Positions 24,801 through 35,300 of a stretch of DNA of 64,000 nt are shown one piece after another; the first letter of the stretch is position 1; each line of letters starts with the position of its first letter. The DNA is taken from positions 1 through 64,000 of the forward strand of contig QPMI01000182.1 in assembly GCA_004431415.1 (NCBI GenBank), written 5' to 3'. Made by a program: the position numbers and the translations under genes. A model generated the notes under the pieces. The model did no database searches. It saw only the letters and a list, made by a program, of their open reading frames with translations, and was not told the DNA's origin. This DNA comes from Cyanophora paradoxa CCMP329 (taxonomy: Eukaryota > Plantae > Glaucophyta).

Positions 24801-27775
24801 GCGGTCTGGTCATCGCGCTCTTCGAATTCGGTGCTGAAATCATTGACGTCGATACTAGTACTGATATCATTTCCGAATCCTTTGGGTGCGTTCAAACGAG
24901 TCTGCAATCGACCGATCAGCCGCCAGTTAAGAGATGCATATGCATATGCCTGATCCATGAGCATATACATGCAGGTTGGGAATTGAGCATAGCGACGACA
25001 ACGGGACGAACCAAAGCCCAGTCGCATGCCTTAATCGAGGCGTTTGTCCAGGAGACGACTCCAGTTCGACCAGACACGATCGCAGCACTCGAAGAGCCGA
25101 CGACCAAAGCATGAAGCTTCAAGGAATGCAGAGGGAGCGACACGGACTTCGGGGCAAATAGTACCGCTGATGGCGGGTAGTATGCCGGGCCTGCGCGTGT
25201 GCGTGCGCGGGAGAGTATACGTATGCGGTGTGAGTGAGTTCTAGACGGACTCTGGATCTCGAACGTTAAAGGACATCCGAGCGCGCACTCAGTTTCAGCG
25301 TGATGTTCACGCTTGTGAGTGGCAGCAGGTCGTTTGATGGGCACATACAGAACTTGAAGATAGGCATAGAAATTTGCAGCTCGCGGTCATATCCAGCTGC
25401 AGCGAGCGATAGCTGATCGATCTCCCCCACGAGGCGCGCCGTTAGGGTGAAACGAAATGTCGATCCCGCTCGACCGTCAGCGGCACGCAGAACTTCCAGT
25501 ACTGAAATATCGAAGGCGACGCTGAGGTTCGCACCGCCGCGAAGCCCTACGACCTTCGGTGCCCCAAGCATCCGGAGGAGCGCGTTGGCTTCCGCATCCC
25601 GTATCTGGTCATGATTAATATTGTAAGAACGAGCGCGACTAAACTTCCTATAAAACATCGTTATTCCCGGAGCGCGGAGTCAGTTACCTTTGTGGAGAAT
25701 GTGATCGCGCACGCTGTCGGAATTCCGATGTACGCAGTATTCGGCACACACTCCACCGAAGTTCTGACGGGAGAGTGTCTAATTAGACACCGATGCTATG
25801 CTTCTGTTGCACGCGACGATATCTTTAATTTCTAATGACCGGAGAGATGCGAATTCGAATTCTATATATAGCTTAGCTCATCAATTAATATTTGATTCGC
25901 CGATTGCAAGCACATGCACCTTGGATCGACCTGGACTTGAGGGAGAACAGATACGTTGCGCGAAATGAGTATTGTTGAATTCGATTTGGCCAGGGAGCCG
26001 GAGGAGCTGGTCGCGTCTGAGGGCCCGACAGGAGCCCTTGGCGAGACAGCGATGTTGATCACGCCAGCCGCAGGCTCCTCCAGGCTATGATTGAAAAGCA
26101 CGGCGAACACGAGCTCTTGTGATGTGGAGCAGTTTGCAATCGACCGCAAGCATAGGGATGTTCGGAACGTAGCAACCGCGTCTCCAGAACCGAAAAGAGT
26201 GATGTCTGACAGCGAAGCGGGGTACGGCGCGCCTGAATCAGTGCGCGGGACGAATGTGCAGTTCAGCTCCTCCCCTACAAAAGCAAGTATACTACTATAA
26301 CTAGATGTATTCGATTTGGAGCTGCACTCGATCGAAGACCGCTGCGCGGAAAGTTGTGGTTCGGGAATAGACTCTGCGCGAAAGTGAACATTAAAAAAAC
26401 TTAAAAACAACGCAAAAGCATTCAGACTGCATCTAGACTCAAATATATATCCAGATCTAGAAGAACGGGAAGACGTCGACGTGCGCGTGTGTGTGGTGTG
26501 GGGAGAGGGGGGGGTGGGGGAGGGGGGGGGGGGGGGGGGCGCACGATCGCGAGGCGCTAACGCCACAGGCGTGACATCCCATATCGAGACGTTTCCGGCC
26601 TCGTCTCCAGTGGCAACGAATGCGGCACGCGCACTCTGAGACAGGGCAATAGACCAAATGCTGATCGATTGCGGAGTCGAGGACTGAACGGAGCGAATTT
26701 CGATTGGACGGAATCCTGGTAGCTGAGCGCCATCCTCGACATTCCACGCACGCACGCGACCGTCCTCGCCTAATGATTGCGAATTTGCGATTGCAGTGTT
26801 AGATGAATTTTGCATCGCATTTAGATCTTGATTCATCGATATCGCACCGGCAGTGATGCACATAGACCCGTTGGATGCGGCGGCAACCGAAAGGACTGCA
26901 CCTACGCCTGCGTCCGCAACTCCGGCCCACTGTTGGGCCCCTGTCGACGTCGACCACATGCGGATTCGTTGAGGATCGTTCTTGTTTGCGACGCTGACGA
27001 GCAACGCGGAGTGGGGGATGAACGCGATGCCGTACACCCAGTCCGTGTGGCCCCTGAGCACGCGAAGAACGGACCCTGTGGAGGCGGACCACAAGATGAC
27101 AGACGCATCGAACGACGCTGTCGCGAGAACATCGTTGGAGAAGAAAGCGACCGCCGCGATCCCATTTGTGTGGTTGTTCAGCGACCGCAGCTGCGTGCCA
27201 TTGCTCATGGACCATACATATGCCAGCGCAACACTGGTGCCGGTCACGGCGAGTGCTCCGTCTGGCGAAACGCCGGCAGCCAGCACAGTGACAAAGTCGT
27301 CGTGCTTCAGGGTTCGCTGCACGGTTCCGTCGCTGACTCGCCAGATCCGCGCGACCGAGCCCGGGCCCGCTGCAAGCACGGAGGCGCCGTCGGGAGTGAA
27401 GCAGACCGTCCTGACGCTGCCCGTGCCGTTGCTGAGAGACCGGAACATGGCGCCCCCGGCTGCGGACACGTTCCAGAGCTTCACGGTTCCGTCTCGGCCG
27501 CCCGAAGCCAGCAGGCGGCCTGTGCTGTCGAGAGCGAGGCCCAAGACCGCACCGACGTGCCCGGACAAGCGCACGGGGGGAGGGTAGTCACCGGCGCGGG
27601 CCTGCGGCTGCGCCCACACCGGCCGCGGAAACGACGCCAGGCCTAGGACTGCAACAGCAGGTTACGAAGTTAGGCCATGCACACGGCCGAGATATTCGAC
27701 AGCGGACGCGGAGCAGTCGCAAGTGCTTGCCTGTAAACATGAGGGCAAGAAGCTTAAGCTTAAGCACCTGTACCG
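18853..27775 (-). CDS. Large membrane protein: signal peptide, WD40 beta-propeller, Ig/filamin/PKD-like modules, multi-TM (TRP-like/FLC-type) region, disordered tail; multi-exon
   Basis: About 7 WD40 repeats in ORF 25862-27619 (GHVGAVLGLAL...DGTVKLWNV; NHTNGIAAVAF...SFDASVILWS; GHTDWVYGIAF; DEAGNVSIWDV). Ig-like strands WQLTLTVSDSAG and GTYTLELTVIDAF. TM helices AVGAAVTAAAAVAVGV, VIFWTSIAFFGIWVL, FPFLELCFIMMCAPGL, VIIPGFFLIGCSFMLV, plus an RYSALFDAF motif. Hydrophobic N-terminus LLALMFT|VLGLASFPRPVWA arises via a GC-AG intron. The exact start and single-gene status are uncertain. Confidence 0.65.
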
Positions 27776-27784
27776 TGACATGCA

Positions 27785-27873
27785 CACTCGTGCATGATCG
27801 CTGCACACTCCTGAGGCTCGTGCATGATCGCTGCACACTCGTGCATGATCGCTGCACACTCGTGCATGATCGC
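27785..27873. repeat. 21-bp tandem repeat, ~4 copies
   Basis: Unit CTCGTGCATGATCGCTGCACA; one junction carries a 9-bp insertion (CTCCTGAGG). Confidence 0.85.
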
Positions 27874-27999
27874 GACCCGCGTTGGGTCCGGAGCGGCCGC
27901 AGTACTTGTACGCGTGCACGAAGCTGTGCTCTACAAATATGCATATTCACCAAAGGTGGTCCGCGGCAATCATGATATAGATTGGCGTTCAATGTCTGC

Positions 28000-30900
28000 G
28001 CAAGAGATCTAGACATAAATTATAGTTTGATTCGCCGTCACGGTATTATGATGCATGCGCGCACATGCGCATGCGCCGCGGAGGAGGGAAGCTCACGGGC
28101 CGGAAAGAGATCATCGGATCTAGAGTGCGTCGCGCGACCGTCGGACGCCGCAGCTGCGAACCCGCGACCAGCTTGGGGCAATGACAACTTTGATCATGAC
28201 ATGGCGCCGGCGCCCAGCGGCCGGGCGCTGATCATGATCATGATTCCGAGCTGAACGTTTACGCATCCATGGCCAGATAAACGTTATAATTAACTAGCTA
28301 TATAGTAAGCGTGCGCTGTGGCTGAGAATGGTCATATACATGCAAGGCTCATCGTGGTAAAGGTACCAACCGCGGTCAGTACTACGTAGTACGTATACGC
28401 GTACGGTGCCGGTATGCTGTGAATTCGAATTCGAATTAACGTTCGAAGACCAAGGTTGCGCATGCGCGCACATGTCGACGTCGACGTCACCGTGGCAGTT
28501 ATATACAATTATGCAATCATTGCGACCTCGGAGTCCGACGGTCCGCGGCCGCGCTGCGGCAGCGTGCGCGCGGATCGTCGGACGAAAAAGAGTTGACACA
28601 TGGTCACACATCATGGCATACATGTACATCACAGTACATGCTATACTTCGGCGGCGACTCGCCGGCGAGTCTAGTTGATGCATACTGTGGCAGTCATTGC
28701 CAAGTTAACGTTGCGCATGCATTATAACTTGCATACCGTAGTATATATATACTTATACGTACCCGGTATATACGTACGCCGGGCCAGCCTGGCCCTGCTG
28801 CCTGGGAGGCTGGGACTCTGGCTGGGACTCCTGGGAGACGCATCGTCAAGCCGCGGCATGTGCCACGGTGATACCAGTGATCAATGATCATACCACTGAT
28901 ACGCCGTGACGGTCCATCATACGGACCATCATAAGGTAGACTCGGCGTACTACGGTAGAGTCGGCGTAGACTCCGGATCCGGATCCGGAGTCCGGACTGC
29001 GCATGCCGCCCCAGTGCCAGCCACTGCCAGGCCACTGCCAGCCAGTGCCAGGCTGCCAGCAGGCTGGGCCGTGGCCCGTGGCCCGTGGCCCAGCCGGACC
29101 AGTCCTGCTTTGGCCGGGTTAGCTTGGCCGGACCAATCCTAGCTGGCGGCGCAGATTTTTCTCGACGATTTTTCTCGACAAAAAAGGTTTTTGTGCATAA
29201 AAAATAAAATCGATCGGAAGTTTCGGAACCGGCTGTGCAGCTGCAGCCTGCAGGCTGCAGCTCGTCGACGCGTACGTCCCTCCGCGGCCGCCGCGCCGGG
29301 GCCTCCGGATCCGACTCGGCGAGTGTCATCGATATGACGAGTCATTGACGACGATATCACAGACTCGAGAGACTCGGAGTGCCCCGGAGTGCCCGAGGGC
29401 CGAGGTCCGACACCGTCCGATTCATAAATTAGACTCAAAAATCATGGCATGGGCACGCGCACCGTGGCTGCGGCGTGGCACGGCCGCCCGGCGGCCGGGC
29501 GGTGCACCCCTGCAGCTGCGGCCGGGCTGCCGGGCCAGTGCCGCGCCGTGGCGGCCGGGCCGGCAGCCTTCCGTGCCAGTGGGTCGCAGTCTCGCAGACT
29601 GGCAGTCACCGTTCTGCCGGAGTCCAGCGCTAGCTGCTCGCAGTTGCCGTTAACGTTCGCGATCGATCTCCAGCTGCGGCGGGTGGCCACTGGCCATGCA
29701 TATGGGGAGGGGGGCGATTGCAAGTTCCCGGGCAGCACCCGGCAACAGTGCCGCAACACCCGGCAAGTCGGCGGCAACCCCCTTCTAGCTCAGGGCCCCT
29801 TCCTGCCTGGCCGGACCTATCCGAGCAAAAGTTTTTTTCCATCGCTCTCAGAGTCTAGATCTCGAGCTCCGACTCCGGATCCGCCGTACGCGTCGATCGC
29901 GCGCGACGGCGAGTCCACCCCCCCCCACACCCCCCCACCCCGCCCCCCCCCCCCCCAATAGGCTATAGCCAGGGCTCTACTAGCCGCTCTAGGGCCTAGG
30001 GCCCTAGATTCCGAGTCTCCGAGTCGACTCCAGCTCCGACTCGACTCCGATTTGGCGAGGCTCCGGAATCCGGATTCCGGATCCGTCCGGATCCCCGCCG
30101 GTCCCGGCGAGAGTCGCCGCGAGACACATATGCATGTACCGGTACTATACCCTGTAGGAGTAGTTGAATTGCCGTAGTTTTAAATTGGTTTTAGATTGCC
30201 GGCCTGGCCATGGATGCTCCAGTAGCCTGGGCCCTGGGCCGCGGGCGCGCGCCGGCGCCACGGAATCCGATCATCGGAAGCCCCACGGATCCGATCATCG
30301 GATGTGTCCCTGCTAGGGCACTGGCCGGGGGGGTCTTGCATTGGCCGGCGGCCCAGCCCAAGCCGCCGAAGCTCGGCCGCTGGCCCGGGGCTGGCCGCCA
30401 GCCTCCAGCCAAAACTTGGCCGGCCAGCTGGCGGCCGGGCGCCGGCGCCAGCCTCTAGCTAGGACTCCGGGGCTTGGTCACACACCGGGTCGGCCAGGCT
30501 GGCCAGCCGGCCAGCCTTAAAGCCCGCCCTTGTTTAATGAAAGCCGTGACATAAATTAAACCCGCATTTCTAACTGGTTTATAACACCCGTTAATAACAA
30601 GCGCTGTTGATGTTGTCAAGTCTCACCCTCAAGCCCCACCCCTAGCCTCAAGCCTGCGCCCCAGCCAGTGTCACCGGCCAGCTGGCCGCCCCTTAAAGCC
30701 GAAAAGTGCAGGCCCGGCTGGCCGACGAATCGGGAGGCTGGGCCAGCCCAAAAGCATTAAACCTGCCGGCCAGCTGGTCGGCCTGACCGCCGGCCAGTGC
30801 CCTAGTCCCTGCGCGCAATTGTAATTTAGCCTGGATGTTGGAGCCTGCAGCCTGGCAGTGCGCTTCAAAATTAATATCCATAATGCCGTAGTTCTGTGCC

Positions 30901-31270
30901 GACGTCTCAGATATACATACGATATACATCCTTTTTCAACCAGCTTGCAGTCTGGGACTCTGGGCGGCCCGCGGCCGGGCAGGGCTGAAGCTATAGATAG
31001 CTATAGCGCCGTTTGGCATCATGGCGTGATCATGAGCTCGAGCTCGAGCACCTGCAGCTGCACGCGCGCCTGGAGAAAGGCCCATATGCATATGCATGTC
31101 CATGAGTTCGATCGCGATCGCGAGGTCGAAGCACACGTGCGCATGCGCATGCGCATGCACGATCCTCGCGATCGCGCGCGAGGCCGCAGCCTGCAATTGC
31201 GAAGAATTCGAAGCTTAAGGCCGCGGCCGGTATCGATATCGAGCGCTAGCGCTAGTGCTCGCCCTAGGCC
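28000..31270. other. Non-coding intergenic DNA rich in iterated and overlapping short palindromes, with possible degraded DNA-transposon ends
   Basis: No spliceable coding signal. Examples: GAATTCGAATTCGAATT (28421), GTCGACGTCGACGTC (28474), TCCGGATCCGGATCCGGA (28972), GCGCATGCGCATGCGCATGC (31139). Confidence 0.6.
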
Positions 31271-31845
31271 TCATGCACTTGACGAGCAGTGATTTTGACC
31301 TGTAAGCGCACGACGCCGTGAATCCCGTGACGCCGGCCGCGGTGCGCACGTGCACGGGCGCCGGCGCCGCCGGCTAGCGCTAGCGCTGGCGCCGGCGCCG
31401 GCGCCGGGCCGAGTGTTCGCGTTAACGTTAACGTTCAACGTTTTCAAAAGCCGGCCGCGGGTACGCCCAGCGCTTGAACTGCGGCTGTACCCCCCACGTT
31501 GCGACGCAGCCGACGCGCTAGCTATTATAGCCAGCAGCTGCAGGCCGCAGGCCGCACACCGGCTCCGAGCGCTAGCGCTCGCCCTACCGTAGTAGTACAC
31601 GCACTTGACGAGCAGTGATTTTGACACCTGTGCATGCGCATCAGTGGCTCGCTCCGCATCGCGTCAATTTCGCCGCCGGCTAGCGCTAGCGCTGGCGCCG
31701 GGCAGAGTGTACGCGTTAACGTTAACGTTCAACGTTTTCAAACCGGCCGCGGGTACGCCCAGCGCTTGAACTGCGGCTGTACCCCCACGTTGCGACGCTC
31801 GCAGCTGCAGCAGCCGGCAGGCCGCACGTCGGCACTCCGAGCGCC
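31241..31845. repeat. Imperfect tandem duplication, ~326-bp period, upstream of the surface-protein gene
   Basis: GCACTTGACGAGCAGTGATTTTGAC occurs at 31275 and 31601. The block CGCGTTAACGTTAACGTTCAACGTTTTCAAA...CCGGCCGCGGGTACGCCCAGCGCTTGAACTGCGGCTGTACCCCC is present twice. Confidence 0.85.
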
Positions 31846-32333
31846 TATATCGACGCCGGAAGCCGCTGGCTGTAGTTCGCCCTCCGCACTGGTCAACCTC
31901 CGAGCCAACTGTCAACCTCCGCATCGCAGGTGCGCTCCAGCGAGCGCCGCGTCAGCCTCGTATGGTTGTGCGGGTCGGTCGACGCCTTCTTCGCCCGACC
32001 GCTTACGAGCGCGCTACGTGGCGCTGGCTGGATAACGTGTCTCGGTCCGGATAAGCCTAGGCCTGGGTCTAGCGAGGCCTGCCAAAGGCCCGAAGCTCGC
32101 ATACGCGATCCGATGGCTCTGCATAAACGGAAATCTTTCACACAACTCGGCCTCACGCCGGGCCTGCGGCACCGCACCGCGGCCGGTGAAGATGTTTGAA
32201 CTCACCCTCCACCGGCGCAGGCTCCGGGCAAAGGACGCGTCGGACGCGTTCACCGAGGTCGTAGTTGAGTGAGGAGGTCGGCCCAGTCGCGATCGCTCCG
32301 GGGGAGCCTCCGCCTGCCAGTGTTCGGGCCGGC

Positions 32334-35300
32334 ATGGCTCCGACTCCAGTCGACGTCGTCCGCCGCCGCGCCCGGCCTGGCTCGGCGACGTCTCGCGGCT
32401 TCCTCGTGTCATTCGCAGGTGCGCGCATCCGCCGGCGCGGTCGGGCGCCGGCGCCCGACCGCCGCGCAGCGCTGGCGGCGCTCGCGCTGGCGGCGGCGCT
32501 GCTGCCGGCGGCGGCGGCGGCGGACGCGGAGTGGGGCTGGGGCTCGGGCAGCTGGAGTGGCTCCGGAGACACCCCCGTGCGGGTACGCCAGCTCTCCACC
32601 CGCCCCGCACCCCCCCCCCCCCCCCCCTCCGGCCCGGCGCCGCGCCGCTCGAGCTCACGCTCGCCGCTCGCGGCTAACAGGGCGCGCGCGTGGTGGCGAT
32701 GCCGGCCCGCGAGGCCCTCGACGCCTGCCTCGCCACCGGCCGCATCAGGCCCGCCCCGCCCCGCCTCGCGTCCCGCCGCCCGCTGGCTACATCCCGGGCC
32801 GATTCCCGGCTCACGCCCGGGGCAGGATCGACTGCCCGGCAGCGGTCAACCTCGCCCTGCGCAACCCCACCCTCGTCGTGCGCCCTCCCCCTCGCCTCGC
32901 GGCGCTCCCCGTCAGCCTTCGCCTCTAGTTCTGATCCCGCGGCCGCCGCGCCCTCCCCCGCAGATCCCGGCCTCGCCCACGTACCCCCCGGTGCGCCGCG
33001 CGTATACCGCCCCACCCCTCTATCCGGCCTTGATCGCAGGGTACACTTTCAGGGTTCGACGCCGGCCGCGAGCTTCTTCAAGGCGAGCTCTGCGACCCGC
33101 CTATCCCCCCCCCCCGCCCGCCCTCATTGCCGTACCCCAGGCCAAGTACAACGTCTCGTCGGGCCTCTCGAAGGACCCCGAGGCCGACGCCTTCACCATG
33201 GCCGTCATGGTCTCCGACGTGCGTACCCCCTCCTGACCTATCCCCCCCCGCATTTCCCCCCTCCCCCTTCCTTCTGCCCGCTCCCCCTTCCTTCTGCCCG
33301 CTTCCCCTTCCCCGCGCCCTACCCCCTCCCCAGTGGTAGCCCCCTCGCGCCCTTCGCCCTCCACGCCTCTTCCCCCCCCCCCCCCCCCCCGCCCTTCTTC
33401 CCATCCCCCATCTCTGCCCTTCGCCGACCCTCCACCCCCCGCAGGGCCCGGACGGGACGGCGGTGATGCAGATCGGGGGTACCGGAAAGGAGGTGGACCC
33501 GGCGACGGGGGCGATGAAGGGCGCGCAGCGGATCACGCTCCAGGGCTCCAACTTCGAAAGGATCGTCGCCGGCGGCCCGATCCGCGGCGCCGGCGGGGGC
33601 GTGCCCCTCACGGTCATCGGCGCCTCGTTCGAGCCGCGGGTGAGCCCCGCGGCCGGCCCCGACGACGACTGCGACGGCGTGGCTGCCCTCGCGGCCGACG
33701 GGCGGGACAACGACTGCGACGGGCTCGCCGCCTCCACCGACGGGCGGGACAACGACTGCGACGGGCTGCTGGCCGCGGCCGCCGCCGGCGGGGGCGACAA
33801 CGACTGCGACGGCCTCGACCCGAGCCGCGCCGCCGCCTGCCGGGCGACCGCCTGCCGCGCCCGGGCCTGCCGCGCCGCCGCCTGCCGGGCCGCCGCCGCC
33901 TCGCCCGCGCCGCCGAAACCCACGGGCACCATCATCATCACCGTCGTCGGGACCCAGTTCGGCATCCACCCCGCCGTCGACCACAACGGGCGCTCGGCGC
34001 GCGGAGGCTTCGCGCTGACGCTCACGGGCACCGCCTTCGGGGCCGTGTCGGAGGGGAGCCTGCCCAAGGCCGGCACGGTGCTCAACGTCACCGGCGCGGC
34101 CTTCGTCGCCCCGCGGGCGCGCCCGGGCCGCGACAACGACTGCGACGGCAAGGACGACGACTGCGATGGCCTCGCCGCCGCCGCCTCTGCCGGCCCCGAC
34201 GACGACTGCGACGGCGTGGCGGCCTCGCTTGACGGGCGGGACAACGACTGCGACGGGGTGGCGGCGGCGGGCGAGTACTCGCGCAGCGGGATGCCCCTCG
34301 TGTGGAGCCCGCGGAGCAACCTCTTGCGGGAGGTGGTCACGCCCGTCCGGCCGGCGCAGGGCCCCATGGCGGGCGGCACGCTCTTCGCCCTCACCATCCA
34401 CGGCGACCCCTTTGCCTTCCCGTCCGCTCTGCTCTCCTCCTAAACCTTCGCCGAGTTGCGATTGTGACTCTGACCCGCGGCAGGGTCGGGGACCGGGGGG
34501 CGGCGGAGGCGGGGCAGCGGGCGGCCTTCGCGGCGGGCGGCCTGCCCCTCAACGTCTCCGGCTGCGTCTACGTCGAGGGCCCCGCGCCCCTCCTAGTGAC
34601 CGCCGTGGACGGCACCGCCGTCGCCCTGTACCCCCTCCCCGACGAGGTCCCCCACGCCGAGGCCTTCCTGGCCTCCGCCGACCTCTTCGGGGGCACGCCG
34701 GGCCGGATCGCCTCGGGCACGCTCTGCGGGGGCGACCGCGGGCTGGCGCCCACGGACGCCGGGGCGGCGATCAGCGGGGCGTCCGTGGCGGGGCGGGCGC
34801 CGAACGCGCTGGGGCCGGCGGGGGCGGCGACGGCGTGGCCGCCCGTCCTCTACGACGCGGCCGTCTTCTTCCGCGACGGCCGCGCCAGCCTCGCCACCCG
34901 GTGCGCCCGCCCCGCCCCGCCTCCCCCCGATCACGAGGCCCCGCGGCGCCGGCTCTCAGCAGCACCCCGGCTGACTCGTACGCGGCGCGGCCAGGGTCTC
35001 CCGCGGCAAGGGCATGGGCGGCGGCGCCAGCGGGTGCGCGCGGAGCCCGCTTCGACCGCCTCCTCCCCCTCGCCCCGCGTTGAGCCCTCGGCGGGGGCAG
35101 GGACCAGAGCGGGAGCTCGATCCTGCGGGCCGGCAGCAGCGCCAAGATCGTCACCGACCGCGACACGTGCGCCCCGCCCCGCCCCGCCCCGCCCCTCTAC
35201 CGCCCCGCCCGCCCCTCCCCGCCCCTCCCCGCCCCACCTTGAGCGAGGCTCCGCAGGGGTCGGAGCAAGGGCTTCGGGCGGCACCTGCTCGAGACCGCCC

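Noticed and set aside
27785-27873. Possible CRISPR array
   Set aside because: Head-to-tail 21-mers without unique spacers, no cas genes, eukaryotic context.
33661-34257. Regularly recurring GACAACGACTGCGACGG as a CRISPR-like or DNA-level repeat
   Set aside because: All copies are in one reading frame with codon-level variation, so this is a protein repeat.
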